The notes under the pieces are model-generated. The model was not told where the DNA came from, ran no database searches, and was given only the letters and a program-made list of their open reading frames with translations. A stretch of DNA of 64,000 bases from Promethearchaeia archaeon (lineage in GTDB: Archaea > Asgardarchaeota > Lokiarchaeia > Sigyniarchaeales > SOKP01), in NCBI GenBank assembly GCA_046483985.1, contig JAWOCD010000084.1, positions 65,525-129,524 on the forward strand, read 5' to 3'. A program made the translations under genes and the position numbers. This document shows, piece by piece, positions 9,788 through 23,001 of this stretch (the first letter of the stretch is position 1; every line of letters starts with the position of its first letter).

Positions 9788-10261
9788 ATGATCGACGGCA
9801 TTGAAAATAAGGACAAGAGAGAGGAGGAAAAAGTAATTCAGATTGTTTGTCCGATCTGCGAAAAAGAACAATCTCTAAAAATCTCGTCTTCGATAATTAA
9901 AGCTAATAAACATTTAACAACTATATCGATTCCTAAGGGATTAATTTGCGAACATCATTTCCAAGCATACATTGACAAAAACTATAAAGTGCGGGGTTAT
10001 CAACAAGTCGACTTTGAATTTCCACTAAATAAAAATGAAAATATTGATAAGTACAGTAAGGGAGAGCAAAAAGTTATAGTCAATTCGACCACAATTATGA
10101 AAAATGATAGGAACAAAAATTCAGTACCAAAGAACAATGACAGAAAAGAGATGTCTCTGAAAGAAGTATATGAAAAATACTGGGATCTCATAGAGGATGA
10201 CAGTAAAACATTTCAAAAATTTATAAAAAAGGATATAAGACGAAAAAGAAAAACGTTTTAG
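9788..10261 (+). CDS. Hypothetical protein with Cys/His zinc-binding domain
   Basis: CPIC...CEHHFQAYIDKNYKVR; same pattern as the C-terminal domain of 39616..40740. Confidence 0.6.
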   Translation: MIDGIENKDKREEEKVIQIVCPICEKEQSLKISSSIIKANKHLTTISIPKGLICEHHFQAYIDKNYKVRGYQQVDFEFPLNKNENIDKYSKGEQKVIVNSTTIMKNDRNKNSVPKNNDRKEMSLKEVYEKYWDLIEDDSKTFQKFIKKDIRRKRKTF

Positions 10262-10559
10262 AGAATAAATCCAAAAAGGATATCTAATTTTAGAGAAAAA
10301 GTGCCAGAAAAAGAGATTTAAAAAAAATATAGAAAAATGGTAATGCGGAACATACTCCTCTCGTCTAAACTCCTTTGATTTTGCCTCATTCCGTAGGTCA
10401 TATCATTTCCAAACAATAAATCCTTCCTTTTATGCTTTCCAATTTTAATTTCTCCAATGTGTATAACGTATTGCGTTCATGCGTGTTTATCTCAAAAATT
10501 GAGCTCTCAGATTCCAGCGCACATCTTAATTCTGAGCCTGAACCCGAGCTCCCATTTCG

Positions 10560-13910
<3,351 letters not shown>

Positions 13911-13922
13911 TACTCAGGGAAA

Positions 13923-13944
13923 GGTTCAGATTACTCGATAAGAT
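13923..13944 (-). other. Bulge-helix-bulge pre-rRNA processing site (pairs with 10523-10545)
   Basis: Transcript 5' strand GAGU-AAU-CUGAACC pairs with 3' strand GGUUCAG-GCUC-AGA: a 4-bp helix with a 3-nt bulge 3' of it on each strand. Confidence 0.75.
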
Positions 13945-14620
13945 CATGGCGGTACTGAGAGCCATAAATTATATCTCGAGATAAACATGAACGCAAAACT
14001 CAGAAAATTCTGAGTTCCCTATATTTTGGGTATACACATCATTGGAAACATTAAAAATAAAAGCATAAAAGTTGCTAATTTTAGCAACATTTATCTTAGG
14101 TTTGTCCGGTAAATGATATATGACATAATCCTTGTAATTGAGCAGAAAAAATATAGGTTCTACCCTATCACAAGGAGGAAATTATAATTCGGCATAAAAA
14201 TCAAATTTTTCTTATTGTAACCCTCAAAAATTAAGGATTGCAACAATAAGAAAAATTCCGGAGTTGACATAGAGGGAGTATGTTCCTTCTTCAGTTATAA
14301 TCGGTCAAGATAATAACTACATCTTTTCTTTCATAGCCCCATTCGAAAGAACTGGGAAGATACACCCATTTTGGGTGATGCCTCACCAATCCATTAAATC
14401 TCATCATTTATCGGTGTTCAATGAACCTCACCAAAAAGAAGGTGATGCCCATTAATAGAACCGATATAAGAGTCATATAGAAGTGGGGATATGATCGTAC
14501 TAAGTAATTTGTAAAAGATTCGGTGAAATATAATCTTTTTGTTTTAAGATTAAAAGATTAAAACTTCAACGACGAATTAATAGAGTATATTTTAGATTAA
14601 AAATTTTACGATTGCCATTC

Positions 14621-14640
14621 AAAAAATTTATAAGGTTTAA
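14621..14640 (-). promoter_or_regulatory. Putative BRE/TATA promoter of the 23S precursor
   Basis: Minus strand TTAAACCTTATAAATTTTTT immediately upstream of the structured leader. Confidence 0.45.
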
Positions 14641-14683
14641 TGTGGAGTGGCCTGAATGTGAAATTTAATTATTTCCTATAGGG

Positions 14684-14845
14684 TTGAACTACTTACGCCT
14701 AAAGGAGTGAGATTCATATTTTCTAATGCGTGATCATTACATTAGACAACATAGGTTGGTTCTCCAACCGTAAATTACGGTTCTCCTTCTTTTTATAATT
14801 ACGAGGTATTTTAATGGTTTTAACCACATCTCTATCTTGCTTATA
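14684..14845 (-). mobile_element. IS200/IS605 right end with omega/reRNA-like scaffold remnant, no tnpB
   Basis: Ends GAATCTCACTCCTTTAGGCGTAAGTAGTTCAA; internal hairpins ACCGTAATTTACGGT and GGTTGG-AGAA-CCAACC. Upstream boundary uncertain. Confidence 0.7.
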
Positions 14846-14918
14846 TTTACATTCAGAGGAGAAAAGGATTCTATCATTAGGCTTAACTCTGCTAGAACCA
14901 AAAAAATGAGAGAATAAG

Positions 14919-15641
14919 TTATTTATTAATTAATAGAAGGAGAGGTAAAAAAATACTTAGGAATCCAATACCAATAAGGGCAGTAATTAATAATTTGTAT
15001 ATTAGTCTTTTATTTTCTGGATGTTTGAATTTGGAATAAAAAATTAAGAAATACGATTTTGGGGAGTCTAAAATTTTATTAAGTTCTGGAAGTGATTCAT
15101 TTATCATATCCCCCGAAGATTTATTAACTATTCTTTTTACTTCTGAATTTACCTCTTTTGAATCTGGAACAATTAATGCATAATTTCTAAATTTTTGAAT
15201 ATTTTCTAAAAGTAAGTGCAAAAATTTTTTTTGTCTTTTAGGTTGATCTATACCAAATAGCTGAAAGAGTTTATCAATCGAAATTATTGGATTGCCCGCG
15301 TGATTAGGCTCTATTATATTATTATTTTTAAGCGCTTGTAAAATTTTAGCAAGGCCTTTCGCATCAATTAAATAAAAATTTCTTTTAAAAACTCCTTGAG
15401 AGCGCAATTTTCGGGTGAAATTAATAATATGGACGAGACTTAAATTTGGAATTGTTAATAGATCATTTTTTATTCTCTCTTCCGTGAAGGAACTATGATT
15501 CTTAGAGATTCTAGAGAGTTTAACGATATGGTCGTATTTTTTGACCCATTTTCTGTAATAATCAGCAAGCGAATTAACTTCGCATTTCTTTAATAACTTT
15601 GCCGTCAAAGGATCAATTTTATTAGTTTGTTCTGGATCCAT
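14919..15641 (-). CDS. Hypothetical protein with single C-terminal TM helix (tail-anchored)
   Basis: 240-aa ORF ending LLITALIGIGFLSIFLPLLLLINK. Confidence 0.65.
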   Translation of the reverse strand: MDPEQTNKIDPLTAKLLKKCEVNSLADYYRKWVKKYDHIVKLSRISKNHSSFTEERIKNDLLTIPNLSLVHIINFTRKLRSQGVFKRNFYLIDAKGLAKILQALKNNNIIEPNHAGNPIISIDKLFQLFGIDQPKRQKKFLHLLLENIQKFRNYALIVPDSKEVNSEVKRIVNKSSGDMINESLPELNKILDSPKSYFLIFYSKFKHPENKRLIYKLLITALIGIGFLSIFLPLLLLINK

Positions 15642-15784
15642 GATAGTTAAAGGAGGGATATTATATATTTACTAAGAGATTTATTTTGATAATTCTATAT
15701 TATTATTAGATTGAATGTTTTATCTAAAAAATTTTTTAGTAATTAACTTTGGACTATGTTCCAGAAAAAATATAGGCTATTAAA

Positions 15785-16678
15785 ATGAGTAATTCAAGAA
15801 AAAATGACATTAATGATTCAAATATATTAATTGGTACATCTGGATGGGGATATGATGAATGGGTTGGTCCCTTTTATCCAAAGGGATTAAAAAGTAAAGA
15901 TTTCCTACATTATTATTCTCAGATATTTTACACAAATGAAATAAATACTACTTTTTATCAGATACCTTCTCATCGACTTGTAAGGGGATGGGCGACCCGT
16001 ACACCTTCCAATTTTGTATTTAGCGCAAAATTACCAAGAGTCGTGACCCATAAGCATAAATTAAATATTGATGCATGCATAGAGGATTTAGAATATTATT
16101 TAATGTCGATGGATCCCTTGATACAAGCAAATAAATTAATAGCGTTTCTTATCCAACTTCCTCCTTCCTTTACCAAAGAGGAACATTTCTCGAATCTTAA
16201 AGATTTCATTGAAAATTGGCCTGAGGATTACCAAGAAGCAAGGTATAATTTAGTTGTTGAATTTCGTCACAAATCTTGGATGAATCAGGAGGTTTTTGAT
16301 TATTTACGGAATAATGCATTAACATATTGCTCGGTCATTGAACCCTTACTTCCTCCTCGTATGAATGTAACCAATAAAGAATTTGCATACATTAGGTTTC
16401 ATGGGTACGGGGAAAATATCTGGTTTAACTATCTGTTTTCAGAAGAGGAAATTAAGAAGTGGTCCAATAAAGTTATACAAGTCGTCCGAGAAGCAGAGAA
16501 AATAGGAATTTATTTTAATAACCATTTTTCTGGTTACGCTGCCAAGAATTCTTTCATGATGATGAAGGAATTAGAGATTCAACCCCGTAATTATCCAAGA
16601 GACGTTAATATCTTGGAAATCAAAAAAAGATCTGGAACGATCTCGGAAGGGCAAACGGGGCTGGATAAATTTCTTTAG
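15785..16678 (+). CDS. DUF72 (YecE) family protein with C-terminal PIP-box-like motif
   Basis: IGTSGWGY, EINTTFY, QLPPSF, VEFRH, YIRFHG, YFNNH; ends QTGLDKFL. Confidence 0.9.
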   Translation: MSNSRKNDINDSNILIGTSGWGYDEWVGPFYPKGLKSKDFLHYYSQIFYTNEINTTFYQIPSHRLVRGWATRTPSNFVFSAKLPRVVTHKHKLNIDACIEDLEYYLMSMDPLIQANKLIAFLIQLPPSFTKEEHFSNLKDFIENWPEDYQEARYNLVVEFRHKSWMNQEVFDYLRNNALTYCSVIEPLLPPRMNVTNKEFAYIRFHGYGENIWFNYLFSEEEIKKWSNKVIQVVREAEKIGIYFNNHFSGYAAKNSFMMMKELEIQPRNYPRDVNILEIKKRSGTISEGQTGLDKFL

Positions 16679-16751
16679 AAGGGATTAGAACTTCTCCTTA
16701 AGAAATATAAATAAATCAAAAAAAATTATTTTAAATCAAAGAGTCAGTAAA

Positions 16752-17768
16752 ATGAGGAACAAAAAAATAAAAATTGGTTTTATCGGAGCAGGGTCCATTG
16801 GTAGTCTTTTTGGAGCTTATCTAACCAAGTTTCAAGAGAAGAGATCTTCAGGAGAGGAATCCAAGATCTCGGTGGTATTCTTTTGTCGATCAGCGCATGC
16901 AAATCAAATTAATAAAAAAGGATTGCAGTTAGAAAATGAGGAAGGAATAAGTATTATCCGGGGAATCAAAGCTTATACAAATTCACAAGATTATTTAGTT
17001 GATGAAGAATTGAATCGCGAATCAATTTTTTTTGACTATTTGTTTTTAACGACGAAGACCTATGATATTAAATCTGCTCTTAATCAGTATAAAACAATAG
17101 TTAAACAATCGAAATACTTAGTAATCTTACAAAATGGCATTGGAAATGAAGAAATTATCAATAATATAATGCCCGATATTAGTTTAATTCGATTAGTAAC
17201 CACAAATGGAGGCTTTTTAAAGGAACCTGGTTATATCGTCCATACGGGGAAAGGAATTACAAAAATGGGAATTCCAAAAAGAAATGAATCCAATCTTGAG
17301 GCTTCTACAGCCTTAGGTGATTTGAAGCAGCTTTTAGAGGAATCTGGACTGAAATCACGAATCGTAGATGACATAATTAAAGTATGTTGGGAAAAGGTAT
17401 TTGTAAATATTGGAATTAATGCCTTTGGAGCGCTTACACGATTAAGAAACGGAGATTTATTGAAAATTGAGGGTTTGAAAAAGTTAATGAAAAGAGCAAT
17501 TAATGAGGCTAAGAAAGTTGCTCAAGAAAGAGGAATAGATTTAGGGAAGAAAGATTTTGTTGAATTAACTTATGAGGTTGCAAGAAAGACTGCCGATAAT
17601 TTAAACTCCATGCTCCAAGATGTTCGAAAAGGGAGTCCAACAGAGATTGATTTTATTAATGGCAGAATCGTGGGGTATGCTAATCGGTTAGGAATTGAGG
17701 TCCCAATAAATGAAACAATAACTTATTTAATTAAGGGACTTGAATATACAAATCAAAGAAAAGAGTAA
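16752..17768 (+). CDS. panE: 2-dehydropantoate (ketopantoate) reductase
   Basis: GAGSIGS, LQNGIG, WEKVFVN, NSMLQD, TEIDFING. Confidence 0.93.
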   Translation: MRNKKIKIGFIGAGSIGSLFGAYLTKFQEKRSSGEESKISVVFFCRSAHANQINKKGLQLENEEGISIIRGIKAYTNSQDYLVDEELNRESIFFDYLFLTTKTYDIKSALNQYKTIVKQSKYLVILQNGIGNEEIINNIMPDISLIRLVTTNGGFLKEPGYIVHTGKGITKMGIPKRNESNLEASTALGDLKQLLEESGLKSRIVDDIIKVCWEKVFVNIGINAFGALTRLRNGDLLKIEGLKKLMKRAINEAKKVAQERGIDLGKKDFVELTYEVARKTADNLNSMLQDVRKGSPTEIDFINGRIVGYANRLGIEVPINETITYLIKGLEYTNQRKE

Positions 17769-17770
17769 CT

Positions 17771-18301
17771 TCAGACTTTTCTTACCATAAAGTAAGCATT
17801 TTCGCCGTCTCGATAATAACTTTCCTTTACTTTTGCCGTTCGATATTTGAATTTCTCATAAAGATTGATTGCCCTATAGTTGGAAACACGTACTTCCAGG
17901 ACAAATTCTTTTATATTAAATTTGCTAATTGCTGGCATGGACTTATCTAATAAGGAAGTAGCCACGCCTTGACGACGATATTTTTCCAACACCGCAATTG
18001 AAACCAAATGCCCCTTTTTAATTAAGCGAAGGCTGCTTACTGAAGGAGCTCGTTCTACTCGCCACATTACGTAGCCAATGATTTTTTCTAAGTTATTGTT
18101 TGGGCATGCAACAAGAAACGCATCTGAATATTTTTCCAGAATACTTTTATAAAAGAAGTAAGGATAATCTTCCGGCAATTCTTTTTCATTAACTTCAATA
18201 ACCCCCTCTAAGTCATCAATAGTGCACCGTCGAACTTGATAAAAAACGTCTTTTCCTTGGGGGGTGTAGGCGTTAATATGGCTCCTTTTGTCGGTTCCCA
18301 T
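17771..18301 (-). CDS. N-terminal acetyltransferase, Ard1/RimI type
   Basis: LPEDYPYFF, GHLVSIAV, LEVRVSN, YYRDGENAY. Confidence 0.9.
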   Translation of the reverse strand: MGTDKRSHINAYTPQGKDVFYQVRRCTIDDLEGVIEVNEKELPEDYPYFFYKSILEKYSDAFLVACPNNNLEKIIGYVMWRVERAPSVSSLRLIKKGHLVSIAVLEKYRRQGVATSLLDKSMPAISKFNIKEFVLEVRVSNYRAINLYEKFKYRTAKVKESYYRDGENAYFMVRKV

Positions 18302-18414
18302 ATAAATCTTTCTCGAAAAAATAAATATAAAATATCCGATTTATTCTGATATTAAATTTAATATATTTAAGCTTTATTAAGTAAAGCAGTTAAATAAAGA
18401 TAAAATTAATGTTG

Positions 18415-19218
18415 TTACTGGTTTTTTATTTTAAAAGCCTCTTTCTTTTGAAGTTTTATGTATTTGATGATTAAATCAAGTGCGGATTTTATTGTTGATC
18501 TATTATCAAAATTCTCAAGCAAGCTAATAAGCTTTTCTTTAGGGTAATCTTTAAATTCACGAGCATATTTAATCATTTTCGGTAAAGCCCTAATAATGTT
18601 ATCTACAATGGTGACATCCGCCCATAGTGCTGTTCTGCTAATTGGATTTAAATCAACGGTAATAACCTTTTTTCCTAACTTTTTTAATGCCTCTGTTCTA
18701 TCCCCATCTTCTAAGGGAACAAATACAGTATCTGCCCTTTTAATTCCTTTAGCATGCACAACGCGTCGGTTGCTCTCTAATCCATCTAATTCAACCATTT
18801 TCTCTTCATCTGTGCCAAGGAGATTAGTGGCTCCTGCGTTTTGTAACTTTTTCGTAATTGCTTTGATTCTTCCCCTTTTTCGATAAAATAAGTTAATCTC
18901 AAGGGGTGCATCAAGTATTTCAGATAACTTGACTAACTCATCTGGTACCAACGATGCAGTATTACCATTTACGCTTATTACAGGGGTTTTTGAAAGATAA
19001 AAAAGAGCTACTGTTGCCTTTATCGCCTCATCCGCTGCCTCGGTTGTTTTCTCTCCAATAATATAATCAAAAGCCTCTCCTCTTCCATGTGCAATGAGTC
19101 CCGCCTCCGTTACAACCAATTTTTTCATATCTTCAATGATTTGATGACGATATTTTAAACTTTTATATCGGGGATGGGACTTAGGGACATCTTGTTGACC
19201 CTTATCGGTTGAATTCAT
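18415..19218 (-). CDS. Archaeal phosphopantothenate synthetase (4-phosphopantoate-beta-alanine ligase)
   Basis: VPKSHPRYKSL, GLIAHGRGEAFDY, SVNGN, VPLEDGDR, DLNPISRT. Confidence 0.93.
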   Translation of the reverse strand: MNSTDKGQQDVPKSHPRYKSLKYRHQIIEDMKKLVVTEAGLIAHGRGEAFDYIIGEKTTEAADEAIKATVALFYLSKTPVISVNGNTASLVPDELVKLSEILDAPLEINLFYRKRGRIKAITKKLQNAGATNLLGTDEEKMVELDGLESNRRVVHAKGIKRADTVFVPLEDGDRTEALKKLGKKVITVDLNPISRTALWADVTIVDNIIRALPKMIKYAREFKDYPKEKLISLLENFDNRSTIKSALDLIIKYIKLQKKEAFKIKNQ

Positions 19219-19317
19219 GCAAATACACTTCCTTTAGTTTAGTTCTCTAAATATATTAATGAAAAATAATAAAAAACTATTAATCTTTTGTTTTATTTAT
19301 TTGAGATGTAGATCACT

Positions 19318-20589
19318 ATGTCAACCAAAAAAAAGAAGAGAAGTGAACTAAAGAGATATAAGACAAAAAAGCTATTAGATTATCTTTCCGAAAAACGAGG
19401 GTTTCATACGGAATTGATATCTCTTTATATTCCTCATGATAAACAGATTTCTGATGTTAGGAATCATTTAAGAAATGAAATAAGTGAAAGTCAGAACATT
19501 AAATCAAAGTTGACCAGAAAAAATGTATTAGATTCAATATCTAGTCTTATAGGACAATTAAAAAATCTAAATGAAATCCCAGAGGACGGAGTAGTTATGT
19601 TTTCTGGTGCAATCCCTCAAAATGACACGGCAGGAACTGAAAAGAACGAACTATATATTATCGAACCTCCTGATCGAGTAAATACCTTTCGATATCACTG
19701 CTCTAATGAATTTTTATTATGGCCTCTCCGAAAAATGCTTAGACCCAGTGAAACCTACGGATTAGTCGTAATTGGTAGAAAAGAGGCTGCTGTTGGATAT
19801 GTTTCGGGTAATACAGTGGAAATCAAGAGAGAATATAGTTCTGGAATACACGGAAAACACAGAGCCGGAGGACAATCACAAAGGCGATATGAACGATTAA
19901 TTGAAGAGGCAGAAAAACGCTTTTATAGGAGAATTTCCCGGGATATAAATAGGATTTATTTAGATATTGAAGATCTACGTGGAATTTTTATTGGAGGACC
20001 CGGTCCTTCAAAAGAAAAATTTGTTCGAGACGAAACTTTAGATTATCGACTAAAAGATAAAATTTTAGATGTGGTTGATATCGGATATGGAGGTGCGGAG
20101 GGAATTCGTGCTTTATTAGAAAAAGTAAAAGATAAAATCGAGAATGTTAAATATATTCAAGAAAAAAAGCTGATGCAAGAGTTTATGAAGGAGATTTCCA
20201 ATGATACTGGGATGGCCACATATGGACTTGAAGAGATACAAAAAGCATTAGACTACGGCGCTGTGAAAACGCTTATATTATCTGAAAAGCTTGACAAATT
20301 ATATATCAAGATCAAATGTGAAAAATGCGACTACATAGCCGATAAAATCATCAAGGAAAAAGAATTGGAAGATTTCGAAGATCATATTTCAGACGAGGCT
20401 TGTCCCAAATGCCACTCAAATAACTTTAATATAATAGAAAGGAAAACAATTATAGAAGAATTGGGAGAAAGAGCAGAGGATATGGGAACAAAAATAGAAA
20501 TTATATCCTCTGAAACGGAAGAGGGTGAAATGTTATATAGTACATTCGGGGGAGCTGTTGCTTTACTCAGATTTAAAATCAGTTTTTAA
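19318..20589 (+). CDS. prf1: Peptide chain release factor aRF1
   Basis: TELISLYIP, NIKS, YHC, GKHRAGGQSQRRY; Zn-finger minidomain CEKC/CPKC. Confidence 0.96.
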   Translation: MSTKKKKRSELKRYKTKKLLDYLSEKRGFHTELISLYIPHDKQISDVRNHLRNEISESQNIKSKLTRKNVLDSISSLIGQLKNLNEIPEDGVVMFSGAIPQNDTAGTEKNELYIIEPPDRVNTFRYHCSNEFLLWPLRKMLRPSETYGLVVIGRKEAAVGYVSGNTVEIKREYSSGIHGKHRAGGQSQRRYERLIEEAEKRFYRRISRDINRIYLDIEDLRGIFIGGPGPSKEKFVRDETLDYRLKDKILDVVDIGYGGAEGIRALLEKVKDKIENVKYIQEKKLMQEFMKEISNDTGMATYGLEEIQKALDYGAVKTLILSEKLDKLYIKIKCEKCDYIADKIIKEKELEDFEDHISDEACPKCHSNNFNIIERKTIIEELGERAEDMGTKIEIISSETEEGEMLYSTFGGAVALLRFKISF

Positions 20590-21010
20590 AATAAAAGTAA
20601 CTCAACCTTAAAAATATACCAATTAGTTTTGGTGATTATACCTTTCATTTTATAAAAATATTTTCAAGAAAATATTTCATGAAAAAAAGGTCGTAAATTA
20701 AATTCTTCTTGCAGGAGCTTATAAGAGTGAGGACACCTCATCGCTTCAGATTTATTTTTTACATCTAGCTTTGTTTTTTTATCCTATCTATTAAAAAGAG
20801 AGGGATATAATAAAATACTGATTCATTAAGTACTCTAACAGTGTAATATGAACCATATCAAAGAGACCCAAAAGATTATATTGAAACTTTTAAAAGATTT
20901 AGTCTTTCCAGCGAAGAAATAGAAGATGAAACTTTTAATTGGAACATTCATTTATCACCTAATAAGTATAATCACCTAGTTTTTAAATCTTAATAAAAAA
21001 ATAGATATAT

Positions 21011-22000
21011 ATGATGATGTTAAAGGATCAATTATTAAATTTAGAGATGATAATGTTCGGCGGAAAGGGTGGCGTGGGAAAGACAAGTAGTGCCGCTAGT
21101 GCTGCAATCTGGGCCGCAGAACATGGAAGAAAGACAATTGTCATTAGTACGGATCCCGCACACTCTCTAGGAGATAGTTTAGGATTGGAATTAGAACCGG
21201 GGGACCCGAGTCCGATGCCTAATGTAGAAAATTTAACGGCCCTCGAAATAAATCCCACAGCAAAAATGTCCGAATTTGGAGATATCTCAGCCGTAAATCC
21301 AGTAGGATCCATGGAAATGGGAGATATGATGGAAAATATTATGCCCGGAATGGAAGAACTAAAACATCTAAATTCACTCACTCCCCCCGGAATTGATGAA
21401 GCCTTGGCATTTGGGAAAGTATTGGAATTTATTGAAACGGAGCATGAATATGATTTAATAATTTTTGATACTGCTCCAACTGGACACACATTGAGGTTCC
21501 TCAGTCTCCCAGAAACTTTATCCAGCTGGATTGGTAAAATAGTAAAACTCCGGCTAAAAATTGGAAAATTTTTTGGTGCAATTAAAAATTTTTTCAGTAA
21601 ATCAGAAGAAGAAGATGAGAACTCATTAGAACTATTAGAAAAGCTAAATGAATCAATTGTGAAAGCTCGGAAAGATTTAACGAATGAAGATAAAAACACA
21701 TTTATCATCGTGATGATTCCGGAGGAAATGGCAATTTCTGAAACCGGACGTCTTATTAATGAATTAGTAAAATATGAGATCCCATCTTCAAATATTGTGG
21801 TTAATAAATTATATAAAGATCCAAAGGAGTTATGCGATTTTTGTTTGGCACGGAGGAGAATGCAACAACGGAACTTAAACAAAATTAAGAAGATTTTTGG
21901 AGATAAATTAGGAAAAAACGTAATCGAAGTACCTTTATTTAAAGAAGAAATAAGAGAATATCCGCAATTAAAAGAGATGGCCCAATATCTTATTGATTAG
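21011..22000 (+). CDS. ArsA/Get3 (TRC40)-family ATPase
   Basis: GGKGGVGKT, STDPAH, PGIDE, FDTAPTGHT, CDFC zinc motif; single ATPase domain with Met-rich groove region. Confidence 0.9.
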   Translation: MMMLKDQLLNLEMIMFGGKGGVGKTSSAASAAIWAAEHGRKTIVISTDPAHSLGDSLGLELEPGDPSPMPNVENLTALEINPTAKMSEFGDISAVNPVGSMEMGDMMENIMPGMEELKHLNSLTPPGIDEALAFGKVLEFIETEHEYDLIIFDTAPTGHTLRFLSLPETLSSWIGKIVKLRLKIGKFFGAIKNFFSKSEEEDENSLELLEKLNESIVKARKDLTNEDKNTFIIVMIPEEMAISETGRLINELVKYEIPSSNIVVNKLYKDPKELCDFCLARRRMQQRNLNKIKKIFGDKLGKNVIEVPLFKEEIREYPQLKEMAQYLID

Positions 22001-22983
22001 CCCTCTTTAGAACCTTTAATCTCCATTTTTAAACTACAAAAATTACAGATATCTTGTTTTCCGCTTGGGTATCCACATTTTTTGCAAAGATTTATTTTTT
22101 TCTGTTCCTTTTGTTTGTATAATAATTCAGAAAGTTCAAGAAATCCGTTTACCAAATTAAATTCGATCTCTGGACTTGATTGCTTAAAATCATTAATGAT
22201 ATTAAGAACGCGCTTCCTTATGATGGGGTCCGATTTCCTATATGGGCACAATTGTGAATAATAATCAAAATCTTTAAGTTTAGAATAGAGTTGAATTTCA
22301 TTTTCTGGGATTTTAAAAAGGGGTTTAATCTTCTTAATGTATATATTCTCTAACTGACTTGAAGGAGTTTTAAAGAAATATTGGTTCTGGATCTTATGAA
22401 ATCTTTTAAAAAAAATATTCATTAAAAAGGTTTCAGCCACATCTGTAAGATTATGTCCCATCGCGAGTATATCCCCGTTAAGTTGTTTTGCTCCAGCATT
22501 CAAAAGTCTTCGCCGAATAAGTGCACAGAAATTACAAGCATTCTGATTATCTCTCTCTTTTTGCTTCCTTGATATAATCATATCCAGGGTAGTATCTAAA
22601 TAATCTCTTACATCCATAATATGATGTGAAATGCTATATCTCTGACAAAATTTTTTCGCTTTCTCAATAGTAAGATCTCTGTATCCTTTTATTCCTTCAT
22701 TAAGTGAAAGTGCTATAAGCTCTTTCGAATTATACGTTTTTTCTTGGATTTTCATCAGATTATATAGTAAAGTTAAAGAATCCTTACCCCCAGAAACAGC
22801 GACTATAATTCTGTCGTCAGGAGTCATCATATCGTATTTTGAAATAGTTTTATGAATTTTCTCCTCAATCTTAGATATAAAACAAGATTTGCATAATCTT
22901 TCGCCAGAATACCTTCTATAAATGAAAGCCTCCTCATCGCAATAACTACAAGCTCCCAAATTTCCTTGTTCTGAGAACTCCAT
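21997..22983 (-). CDS. tRNA 2-thiolation protein (NcsA/Ctu1/TtuA family)
   Basis: N- and C-terminal Zn fingers, PP-loop SGGKDS, CNFC, GHNLTD, CPY. Confidence 0.85.
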   Translation of the reverse strand: MEFSEQGNLGACSYCDEEAFIYRRYSGERLCKSCFISKIEEKIHKTISKYDMMTPDDRIIVAVSGGKDSLTLLYNLMKIQEKTYNSKELIALSLNEGIKGYRDLTIEKAKKFCQRYSISHHIMDVRDYLDTTLDMIISRKQKERDNQNACNFCALIRRRLLNAGAKQLNGDILAMGHNLTDVAETFLMNIFFKRFHKIQNQYFFKTPSSQLENIYIKKIKPLFKIPENEIQLYSKLKDFDYYSQLCPYRKSDPIIRKRVLNIINDFKQSSPEIEFNLVNGFLELSELLYKQKEQKKINLCKKCGYPSGKQDICNFCSLKMEIKGSKEG

Positions 22984-23001
22984 TAAATCACCTTAATAAG
23001 T

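Noticed and set aside
13920-14600. 5S rRNA, SRP RNA or RNase P RNA upstream of 23S
   Set aside because: No conserved motifs of these RNAs recognised; the structure is explained by pairing with the 3' flank and local hairpins.
20600-21000. Possible decayed gene in the aRF1-Get3 gap (fragment YEPYQRDPKDYIETF...)
   Set aside because: Only short start-less fragments; no family can be supported.
21028-21882. 284-aa antisense ORF and similar shadows (e.g. 18596, 23015, 23483, 30837, 40182, 42517, 50545, 63248)
   Set aside because: Ser/Phe/Ile-rich antisense mirrors of well-supported genes.
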